Shown here: one piece after another, positions 27,219 to 35,389 of the stretch
How the letters are laid out: every line of letters starts with the position of its first letter
Numbering within the stretch: position 1 is the first letter of the stretch
NCBI GenBank assembly: GCA_965661285.1
Contig: CBFIDD010000001.1
Span: forward strand, 1-64,000
From: Poseidonia sp.
GTDB taxonomy: Archaea > Thermoplasmatota > Poseidoniia > Poseidoniales > Poseidoniaceae
DNA length: 64,000 nucleotides
Direction of reading: 5' to 3'
Made by a program: the position numbers and the translations under genes
Notes under the pieces: model-generated
The model's input: only the letters and a program-made list of their open reading frames with translations
Database searches by the model: none
Told to the model about the DNA's origin: nothing

Positions 27219-28106
27219 GTGTGGACGCAGACCCACGATTTGCATTCCCATTCCGTCAACAGCGATGGTGAACACGCCGTTTCAAAGGTCGCCCGGTTGA
27301 TGCGACAAGAGGGCGTAAAGGCGTGGTCACTCACCGACCACGACACCACCTCAGGATGGATGGAAGGACAAAATGCGGCTGACGCCGAAGGCATGATGTT
27401 CATTCCGGGCGTCGAAATTACCTGCGAGCCGGCGCTCACCCCTGAGCCAAAGCAACTGGAGGCGACGGGGCGTGAACGAGCCTCGGCATCGTGGCATCTG
27501 CTCGCCTATTTCCCGAACCACCGACCGGGGTCGTTGCATCCCGGAATTGAGCGCTTCAAGGCGTGGCTACAACCCCGCCAAAGCGGGAGAGAACCTCGCA
27601 TGCGTGCCATGTGCCAACGCCTGGCCGACCTCGGCATGCCGGTTGATGTGGAGGATGTGCTTGGCCGGGCCAGCGGCTCTGTAGGCCGCCCCCATCTCGC
27701 ACAGGCCATGGTCGACCACGGTTATGTTGCGTCCAAACAGGAAGCGTTTGAGCGATGGATCGGTGATGGTCTCCCCGGTTTTGTCCCGCATCAAAAACCG
27801 ACCGTAGCAGAAGCGGTTGAAGCGGTGAAGGATGCCGGTGGTGTCACATCCCTGGCCCATCCGCTGTATTATGGCGTCTCAACGCCCACATTACTCGCCA
27901 CCCTTCGAGAACTCGGCGTTGACGGCGTTGAGGCTGTTCACCGGAGCCATAGCGATCGATATCGCCACGAGCTCACGGAGGAAGCGAGGAGGCTCGGACT
28001 TGGGATCTCCGTCGGCTCAGATTTCCACGGACTTTCCTACCAGGCCCGACCCGGCAACATGCCGCATCAGGTCGACCGTCTGCTTGCCGACCTCAACGTG
28101 TTGTGA
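27219..28106 (+). CDS. PHP domain protein (TrpH/YciV-like)
   Basis: DLHSHS..SDG, LTDHDT, PGVEI, GRPH, LAHP, GSDFHG. GTG start about 25 nt after a GGTTCAAA box. Confidence 0.92.
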   Translation: MWTQTHDLHSHSVNSDGEHAVSKVARLMRQEGVKAWSLTDHDTTSGWMEGQNAADAEGMMFIPGVEITCEPALTPEPKQLEATGRERASASWHLLAYFPNHRPGSLHPGIERFKAWLQPRQSGREPRMRAMCQRLADLGMPVDVEDVLGRASGSVGRPHLAQAMVDHGYVASKQEAFERWIGDGLPGFVPHQKPTVAEAVEAVKDAGGVTSLAHPLYYGVSTPTLLATLRELGVDGVEAVHRSHSDRYRHELTEEARRLGLGISVGSDFHGLSYQARPGNMPHQVDRLLADLNVL

Positions 28107-28881
28107 TTCGGTCCAGCACCAAGGCCACCTCGAACAGGATGATGATGGGCATCGCCACCAAAAACAGCGAGAGCGGGTCCGGGGGCGACATGAAGGCTCC
28201 AATCACAAAGGCGCCGAACCAAATGATTCGACGGGAAGCAGCCATCTGCGCTGCGGAAACGGCACCCGACCGAAGAAGCAAGGTGGTCACCAGCGGAGCC
28301 TGAAAACCGATGGCAGATGCTGAAAGCAGATTGACGATGAATCCGGCGTAATTCGAGAGACGCCACTCCGTGGTCAATCCTGCTTGCTGAGCATCCGTGG
28401 TCAAGTAATCCAGCAGGAGTGGAATAAGGCCGTACCAGGCATAGAGAACCCCGAGCGCCATCAACACCACGGAAGCGAGGACTGCAGCCAGCATTCGGGG
28501 CCCTGGTTTTGGCAACGAAACATCGAGTTCATCCAACCTCGCTTTGACCGCTTCGTGGCGAAGACCGTAGCGTGCGATTTGGACAACGACCATGAGCATA
28601 ACCAATACAAGGCCAACCGATCCAGCGATTCGGAGTTGCAGGAAGAGGAATTCAACCGGTGAGATCACAATGATTTGAACGCCCTCAGGCAGTCTGGCGT
28701 CGTCCACCAACCAAGCGATGAAGGCACTTGTCAGCGGGAAGGCTGCGACGAATCCAATCAGAAAAAGACCGACGTAGTACTTGAGCGAAGCTTGAACAGC
28801 ATCTCGAACGGAGGCAAGAATTTGACCACCCGAGGATTGAGCCAACTGCTCAACGGTGGCTTGAATCGATTGCTGAGCCAT
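28093..28881 (-). CDS. tatC: Twin-arginine translocase subunit TatC
   Basis: SPVEF, GL..hE, GFQAP, RR, SPPDPLS motifs; 6 TMs. Confidence 0.88.
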   Translation of the reverse strand: MAQQSIQATVEQLAQSSGGQILASVRDAVQASLKYYVGLFLIGFVAAFPLTSAFIAWLVDDARLPEGVQIIVISPVEFLFLQLRIAGSVGLVLVMLMVVVQIARYGLRHEAVKARLDELDVSLPKPGPRMLAAVLASVVLMALGVLYAWYGLIPLLLDYLTTDAQQAGLTTEWRLSNYAGFIVNLLSASAIGFQAPLVTTLLLRSGAVSAAQMAASRRIIWFGAFVIGAFMSPPDPLSLFLVAMPIIILFEVALVLDRITTR

Positions 28882-28885
28882 GCGT

Positions 28886-30340
28886 TCACGCCTCTTCGTC
28901 TGTTGACGATGAAGAGGCCCATACATATGAGGGTGTAGAATCAATCCAACGGCGTCCTTCTTTCTTGAGACGGTACAAACGGTAGACCACAAATCCGGTC
29001 ATCCACAGCGAGGGAAGGCTGAGGAACATGGCTTGTCCCATTTCATCGTCGCCGTAATCGTTCATGATGCGTACGTCCATGACCGGCTCCTCGTCTGAAG
29101 CATCAGCGTAATGCATCACGATAAAGTGGTATATTTTTGGTGAGGTGATGTTCAAACTCAGTGTTGTCTGAGGCGCCACCGTGTAGTGCTCGCCAAGGGT
29201 TTTCATCACGTCCCAATCAATCGCACCGGACGTCATCGCAGGGACGCTCGTCTCCACCATCACGACCACGAGTTCCAGTTCCCCTGCCGTGTTGAGGTTG
29301 CTGATGTTGGATTGGACCATATCGCCAGGGTCAAACTTCTGGATGATCTCAAAGGTGCTGTCGTCCTCTCCCAAACGGAACGAAACGCGCTCGTCAACGG
29401 TCTCTTCCTGATAGTTCACGGCCATCATCATCCCGGCGAGGAGAATCAACATCACGACGCCCTCCACCAGGATGTGCCGTCGTACTTTTTCTCGGGTGAT
29501 GCCCTTGAACACCGGCCCGTAATCGTTGCGAAGTCGAGGTTGGAAGTGGTGGATGAACAACGCCCCAATGCTACCGATGAGGATGCCAAGCGGAATATCG
29601 ACCACCCAGTGAATGCCCAAATAGAGAATGGTGAAAATAAACAACACCGTGTTGATGAGCACAAAGAGATGGTAGGGCCAGTGGCGCCAAGCCCTGAGCG
29701 TTCCCCCGTTCTCCTTAACGTGGAGGTAGTTCAGCATCAAGATTCCAAAGGGAATGGCGACATGCAAACTCGGAACGGCGTTGTCAAGCGGGTCGTGCAG
29801 CGCATAGAACACGGTGTACCATCCATCATGATAGAGCAGAGCGTCCATGTTTGGAATCCATGACGAGGTCACCTCGACATTGAAAAACAGGTAGTAGGGA
29901 ACGGCAAGCGCATAGATGAGCAGGTAGTTGAGCGTGACCTTATCGGTCATGTCCCGGTCACCGGAGAACGCGAAATAGACGGTGGTAACGTAAATCAAAA
30001 ACAGATAGACGAAGAGGTAGTGGAAGTTGAGAAACTCCGTGAGGGCATCGTTGCGAAATACATCTTGAACCCATTTGGTAAACTCGCCCTCAAGGCCGTA
30101 CACCCAATCGGTCCAGTGACCTGTGCGGCCTTTCATCGGCTCGTTTAATCGGTCACTGATGGCCTTCCAACGAATGATGACGATGTAGCCGATGGCGTGA
30201 AGATAATACCGCTTTTCGTGGAATTCGGTGGCCCACGATCGCCAAGGAATTCGGTATTCCTTCTGTGAGCGGGTAAAGAACCAACAAATGATGGGGGTAA
30301 GGAACACGATCATCCCCATCATGATGTCATAGGGTTCCAT
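28886..30340 (-). CDS. PAP2-superfamily membrane enzyme (Aur1/IPC synthase-like) with extra C-terminal domain
   Basis: NAVPSLHVA and YLGIHWVVD catalytic motifs; many TMs; a soluble domain of about 120 aa before the last TM. Confidence 0.82.
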   Translation of the reverse strand: MEPYDIMMGMIVFLTPIICWFFTRSQKEYRIPWRSWATEFHEKRYYLHAIGYIVIIRWKAISDRLNEPMKGRTGHWTDWVYGLEGEFTKWVQDVFRNDALTEFLNFHYLFVYLFLIYVTTVYFAFSGDRDMTDKVTLNYLLIYALAVPYYLFFNVEVTSSWIPNMDALLYHDGWYTVFYALHDPLDNAVPSLHVAIPFGILMLNYLHVKENGGTLRAWRHWPYHLFVLINTVLFIFTILYLGIHWVVDIPLGILIGSIGALFIHHFQPRLRNDYGPVFKGITREKVRRHILVEGVVMLILLAGMMMAVNYQEETVDERVSFRLGEDDSTFEIIQKFDPGDMVQSNISNLNTAGELELVVVMVETSVPAMTSGAIDWDVMKTLGEHYTVAPQTTLSLNITSPKIYHFIVMHYADASDEEPVMDVRIMNDYGDDEMGQAMFLSLPSLWMTGFVVYRLYRLKKEGRRWIDSTPSYVWASSSSTDEEA

Positions 30341-30452
30341 AGTTTGCGGGCAGAGATTCCGGTTTTATGCCTTGGGACGATTCTGAGAAAACATTCGCAA
30401 AATCACCACCCGCTGCGGGAACCTTTGAGGGGGGCGACATGGAGCATCGCCC

Positions 30453-31628
30453 ATGGCAGCGGAGGGTGCGTGGAATCCTGCGCCTGAAAACACCCTGGCG
30501 AGTCTCCAACATGCGTTGAACATGTTTGACGGGATTGAGTTTGACATTCGCCTCACAGCAGACGACCAGTTGGTGCTTCACCACGACAGAACGGTCTCCG
30601 TACCCACCGAGTATCTGGAAGGAAAACCGAAATGGATGGAGGAATGGACGCTGGATGAATTGGTGGACTTGGGCTTTCTCGGTTTTGAAGATTTTCTCGA
30701 CGATTCGACCGTGCAACGCTTGTGGGCCGAGCAAGGACGTATGGGGTGCATCGAAATCAAACGGCCCCATCCAAAAGCAGCGACAGGAGGCGGCTTTTTT
30801 GGACGAAACCACCACAACCGGCACATAGCTCGGGCGATGGAACTGGCTGAAGAAGCCCTTGACCGGCGAGGTATCCCCGCCCTCAACACCGTGTTCTATG
30901 CGTTTCACAAAGGCATGCCGGCCTCCGCTCGTCTCTCCAAGACGCAACGACCTTGGGCAGCCTTGATCCCCTACATTCCTCCCTACGGCAACAGCACCAC
31001 ACAACGCCTCCAAGTCTTGCCTCAATACGTGGCGACGCCGTTCAAACGGTTGGTGAAAAAACATCGGGCGCAGGGAAGCTCGATGTTGCCTTGCGCCGTG
31101 GAATATTTCCAAACCTCAACGCAGCACCTCCCTATCGGACGCCACGTTGGGTTAACGGGAACGGCTCTGAACAGATTGACCCGGGCGCGTGGTGGTATGC
31201 CGACCTATGTCTGGCCCACCAGGCTCCCCCTCGAGCATGATTTGCTCCGTGCGGGCTTATCGGGACTCACCGATCATGCAGACCCAACCTTACGTTGGTT
31301 GCCATCCGGACACGCCCGGTGGTTACAACCGGGCTTGCGTCCGCTCCTGGATGGCGAATGGGCCGAACTTGAGCGTGCGACCGAATCCAACCACCGTGAT
31401 GTGCTGAAGCGTTTGGAAGAGGCAACACCCACCTGGGCAGAAGCGGACGGCGAACGTCGTCGTGAACTCGTCACCGAGATGCACAAACGCTGGCATTGGA
31501 GGATGGATGTTGAGGACATTCTGTCAAAACACGACGAAGCAACACCGCCGTCGTTCGCACCGCGGTTGATAGGGCACCGTGGTTCTGGAAAGACGCCTCG
31601 ACCGGTGTTGAAGCCTCAGTCGATGTGA
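30453..31628 (+). CDS. Glycerophosphodiester phosphodiesterase family protein (apparently circularly permuted)
   Basis: PENT, GIEFDIRLTAD..LVLHHD, CIEIK, GLTD; the LIGHRG motif lies at the C-terminus. Confidence 0.87.
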   Translation: MAAEGAWNPAPENTLASLQHALNMFDGIEFDIRLTADDQLVLHHDRTVSVPTEYLEGKPKWMEEWTLDELVDLGFLGFEDFLDDSTVQRLWAEQGRMGCIEIKRPHPKAATGGGFFGRNHHNRHIARAMELAEEALDRRGIPALNTVFYAFHKGMPASARLSKTQRPWAALIPYIPPYGNSTTQRLQVLPQYVATPFKRLVKKHRAQGSSMLPCAVEYFQTSTQHLPIGRHVGLTGTALNRLTRARGGMPTYVWPTRLPLEHDLLRAGLSGLTDHADPTLRWLPSGHARWLQPGLRPLLDGEWAELERATESNHRDVLKRLEEATPTWAEADGERRRELVTEMHKRWHWRMDVEDILSKHDEATPPSFAPRLIGHRGSGKTPRPVLKPQSM

Positions 31629-32782
31629 CGGAGTTCTTGTTCTTCTGCGATGTACTTCGGCCGATAGATTGGAGCGCCTTTTCCACCGCGCATAACGGTA
31701 CGCTCGTCAATGATTTGTGCACCGATGCCCGACACTCGAGCCCACCCGAAGAACGTCGTGTAGTAGGTTGGGTCTTTGAAACCGACATGGTGAAGCAGCG
31801 CACCGCTGGCAATGTCCACGTTCGCATTCGGGTTTGAGATTTTCTTGTTCTCGGAGAGCACGCGAGGGGCGACTTCGCGAAGGGTTCGAATGATTTTGAA
31901 ATTCTCATCGTCTGGACAGACCTCTTCTCCGAGAGCGAACTGAACGGTCGCCCGTGGGTCCTCTGCTCGCAACACGGCGTGGCCAAAACCAAACACAGGT
32001 CGCTTCGCAGCAAGTTCGCCACGAACGAAGGCTTCCACCTCATCGGGGTCGCTGGTTCCAATTCGAAGAACGAATTCAAGGCAGGATTGGTTGGCTCGCC
32101 CGTGGAGCGGTCCCGACAACGCGTTCATGGCGCCTGCGATTGAAGCGTAAACGGTGGCGTGACCTGAGGCGATCGCTTTTCCGGTGAAGGTGGACAGGTT
32201 GCCGCCACCGTGATCCATGTGGAGAACAAGATATGTGGAGAGAATTTGCTCCATCAGGTCGTCGTCCACGTCCTCGAGACCGAGCGTTCTTACGAAACGC
32301 TGAACCATGTTCAAGGAGAGGTCGTCCTCAGGAATGCCCTCGCTTCGGCCTTCTCGGATTCTGAAGAGAAGCCCCATCAAGCGTGGCATGCGGGCAATCA
32401 AATTGAGGGCGTCTTCCTTCCAATCTCCGGTGGTGTCCAGCATGCCCAAGGTGTGGATACCAACGCTCAACCAATCCATCGGGTGGCCGTCTTTAGGTAG
32501 GGTGGAGAAGACGGCACGAACACTCTCGGGGACACGGCCGCGAGCGGCCATTTCCGACTTGAATTTTGAGGATTGTTCGGCTGTGGGCAATTCCTTATGA
32601 AACAATAGATAGACGATGTCTTCCGGAGGATAATGAGCAAGTTCCGCAATCGGATAGCCGCAGTAATGCACGCCCTCGGTGGGTGTCACGAAGGATGTCC
32701 GACAGGTGCCGACGGGCACACCCCGAAGACCTGTGTTGAGGTGGGACCTGTGGACGGTGAACAACGGCTCGTCGTTTGTCAT
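31616..32782 (-). CDS. gltA: Citrate synthase
   Basis: DHGGGNLST, GPLHGRAN, GFGHAVLR.EDPR, NVD. Confidence 0.93.
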   Translation of the reverse strand: MTNDEPLFTVHRSHLNTGLRGVPVGTCRTSFVTPTEGVHYCGYPIAELAHYPPEDIVYLLFHKELPTAEQSSKFKSEMAARGRVPESVRAVFSTLPKDGHPMDWLSVGIHTLGMLDTTGDWKEDALNLIARMPRLMGLLFRIREGRSEGIPEDDLSLNMVQRFVRTLGLEDVDDDLMEQILSTYLVLHMDHGGGNLSTFTGKAIASGHATVYASIAGAMNALSGPLHGRANQSCLEFVLRIGTSDPDEVEAFVRGELAAKRPVFGFGHAVLRAEDPRATVQFALGEEVCPDDENFKIIRTLREVAPRVLSENKKISNPNANVDIASGALLHHVGFKDPTYYTTFFGWARVSGIGAQIIDERTVMRGGKGAPIYRPKYIAEEQELRHID

Positions 32783-32882
32783 CTGTCTTCCCTCGTGAAC
32801 GCCGACATCCACGTTCGGTATAAATACGGCTCCTGCTCAACGTGAAGGAAGAAAACGGTGTGGCCAGCAACACTGGCGCGGC

Positions 32883-33359
32883 CTAGCGTTTTCTGAGAGG
32901 TTTTTCGGGAGGCCACGTTCTGAACCCTTTGGTCGAGGTTCGGTCAGCAAAGATGTTGATGCGTATGGTTTGCCCGTCGATGAGGATGGCATCTTCCGCA
33001 TCAATACCAGGACACGTTCGTTTGACGTTTTCCCATGCACCGGGTGTAGCGAGGTTCTCTCCCCACCAAGGAAAGGCTCTGCACTGCTGAGGTCGAACCT
33101 CGTAAATGTTGCACTGTTGTTGTTCGTTGAGATGGATGCAAACGCCGTCTTCCTCGCGACTTTTCAAGACATGTCGGCCATCAAACGTTGTCCGTGTATC
33201 TCGCTCCAACCACGCCGGGACATCCAAGTTTGCATGCGCTGCCAATCGCGACGCATCATCGGGAGAGAGATAGACGATACCGCCGGGTTCGTCGCAGCAT
33301 TTCCCACAATTTGGTTGGCATGAGAAATTGACGCCGTTCATCCACCACGGCGCCCTCAT
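32883..33359 (-). CDS. YkgJ family cysteine-cluster protein
   Basis: CQPNCGKCC, CIHL, CNIYEVRPQQCRAFPWW, CPG. Confidence 0.9.
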   Translation of the reverse strand: MRAPWWMNGVNFSCQPNCGKCCDEPGGIVYLSPDDASRLAAHANLDVPAWLERDTRTTFDGRHVLKSREEDGVCIHLNEQQQCNIYEVRPQQCRAFPWWGENLATPGAWENVKRTCPGIDAEDAILIDGQTIRINIFADRTSTKGFRTWPPEKPLRKR

Positions 33360-35389
33360 TCTTCCTCACCCACCAACACCGTGCGGGGGCGAAGGCGTGC
33401 AAGGCGAATCACCTTCTTGTCTGGCGTTTCGTCGAGAAGGTCGTCCGCTGAGACACCGGTGCCGTCGATGTTCCACTCGCCCTCTGGCTCAAAGGAATCC
33501 AAATGGCCTTCTGTTTCAGGAATCGGTGCCCGCTTTCGGCGGCGAGGTGCTCGTCGTCCTCGTTTTTCCGGGCCGTCTTCTTCGAAGGGCGGCAGGGGTT
33601 TCCTGTCAGGGTCAAGTTCGACCAAGCGCTCTTCCAGAGACCGGAGCGCATCGGCAATGGAGATGAGTTCCTCAATGTCGGCGTCAACGGCACGCTGAGC
33701 AAGCACCACCATCTGCTCCTCCAGCCGCTGAAGTTCCAATGATGCTGCGACACTTTGTGAGGTGGAGGCGTTCATGCGTTGGTCAATGGCCTCGTCAATG
33801 TCCACGAGTACCTCAACCGCTCGCCCGACATCGGTCTCAGGAAGCGGGTCGTTGGCTCGAACGATGTACTTCTCCCGCTCATGGACGTCAAGCACCGAAG
33901 GCCGACCCGGCTCGATGGATTCAACACGTTCACGCAGGCGCTGTTCGAGATCGTGGGTTGATGCTTCCAAAACCTGACTTTCCAGCGTTGGGGGCTCGTA
34001 ATCATCCTCCGGCCACGGCTCGAGGGGGCTGTGCAAATCAATGCCACCGGTGTCAAGCGACGAGTACACGCTGTCCAACGCTTCCCCGACGAGTTGAGAG
34101 GCAAGGTCCTCAACACGTTGTTGCTCTTCAACAGGGGCAGAACTTGACCGGCCCTCGAGAAGGTGTTCGACATCGTCGTGGTCGAGAAGAACCGCTCCCT
34201 GCTCAAAAGCCAACGAGACCTGTTCCAATCTGGCCTCCATCATTCGCCAACTGTGGGGCGGCATCCGACTCAACTGGGCGAGATGTTGGTCGGACAGGAG
34301 CAGGTTACGCTGAGAACACCTCCAGCGTCCGAAAGCCATGAGCGTTGGCGCTTGCGGCGTGGCCAGCGGAGTTACGAGGGCTGAACGGAACACTTCCTTC
34401 AGTCGAGACGGGGGGAATTCCTCAACGGCCAATCGTCCCCCTGCAACGACTTGCACCCCATGGTTGAGGGCTTGGTCAACCAGTACGCCGAGTTGGTGGC
34501 TCCATGTCGTATCGAGAGCAAATTCGTGAAGGTCATCCACCACCAAGGCGGTGGCACCCGGGAGCGCGTGCTGCCACGACGCAGCCAGCCCGTCGGTACC
34601 GGTGGCATCGGCGGCGCTCATGAAGAGAACATGACCCTCTTGGCGTCGGAGCATGGCCTGTCCGGTGGCATGGAGCAAGTGCGAACATCCGGCTTGGGCT
34701 TGGGCGACGATGAGGAGGGGATTGAAATGGTGAGACGGACGGTCGATGACCTGCTCACAATATTGTGTGGCTTGGAGGTTCTCCTCGGCAACAAACCACT
34801 GCTTGAACGTCAACTTGCTGGACCACGACAAACGCCGAGGCCAGTTCGAGGTGATGTCGAGCACACGCGTGGCGTGGAACGCCTCATCCGGTTGCGGGGG
34901 GGCCAACTCCTCACCAAGTTCGTTTCGTACTTCCCCACGTTGTTGGCTCAAGACCTGACTCCAAACCGGAGTCCCATCGTCCCCAACGCCGACGAAAAAG
35001 TCCGATGCATCCGTAGAGGCGGGGGGCGGTTGGGCCGCCTCAAGTCGCTCCTGCAATCGAATCAAGCGCGCAGCCACGTGAGCGGAATAGCCCGTTTCAC
35101 GGTCAAGAAATGAATTCGGCACACCGACGTCAGCACCCAGCACACGGTCAGCGATCAAATCATAGGTCGGGCGCTGCGGTACGCCCACGGATTGAAACAG
35201 CGAGAGAGGGCGCTCAGGGACGGTGTTTTTTCCGAGCAATGTGTTCAGTTTGGACCGAGCTGGTCGTTGGGTTGCCTCCTGTTTGGGAACCGATTCGGAA
35301 CCGGCGCTCTGCCGGGCGTGGATGGACCCTTGCAAACGGCGCTTTGCGTCTTCAAGTTCCGAGCGTAATTTCGTCGGCGGCGACGTCAT
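33356..35389 (-). CDS. DnaA/Hda-like AAA+ domain protein with degenerate Walker A and C-terminal coiled coil
   Basis: TFKQWFVAEENLQA...FNPLLIVAQAQAGCSHLLHATG...LVVDDLH aligns by eye with DnaA domain III. Confidence 0.72.
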   Translation of the reverse strand: MTSPPTKLRSELEDAKRRLQGSIHARQSAGSESVPKQEATQRPARSKLNTLLGKNTVPERPLSLFQSVGVPQRPTYDLIADRVLGADVGVPNSFLDRETGYSAHVAARLIRLQERLEAAQPPPASTDASDFFVGVGDDGTPVWSQVLSQQRGEVRNELGEELAPPQPDEAFHATRVLDITSNWPRRLSWSSKLTFKQWFVAEENLQATQYCEQVIDRPSHHFNPLLIVAQAQAGCSHLLHATGQAMLRRQEGHVLFMSAADATGTDGLAASWQHALPGATALVVDDLHEFALDTTWSHQLGVLVDQALNHGVQVVAGGRLAVEEFPPSRLKEVFRSALVTPLATPQAPTLMAFGRWRCSQRNLLLSDQHLAQLSRMPPHSWRMMEARLEQVSLAFEQGAVLLDHDDVEHLLEGRSSSAPVEEQQRVEDLASQLVGEALDSVYSSLDTGGIDLHSPLEPWPEDDYEPPTLESQVLEASTHDLEQRLRERVESIEPGRPSVLDVHEREKYIVRANDPLPETDVGRAVEVLVDIDEAIDQRMNASTSQSVAASLELQRLEEQMVVLAQRAVDADIEELISIADALRSLEERLVELDPDRKPLPPFEEDGPEKRGRRAPRRRKRAPIPETEGHLDSFEPEGEWNIDGTGVSADDLLDETPDKKVIRLARLRPRTVLVGEEE

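Noticed and set aside
30439-30455. Out-of-frame ATG-GAG-CAT-CGC-CCA (MEHRP) just upstream of the GDPD, which could suggest a frameshifted N-terminal HR motif
   Set aside because: It lacks the hydrophobic beta strand and Gly, the spacing to PENT is wrong, and a much better LIGHRG exists in frame at the C-terminus.
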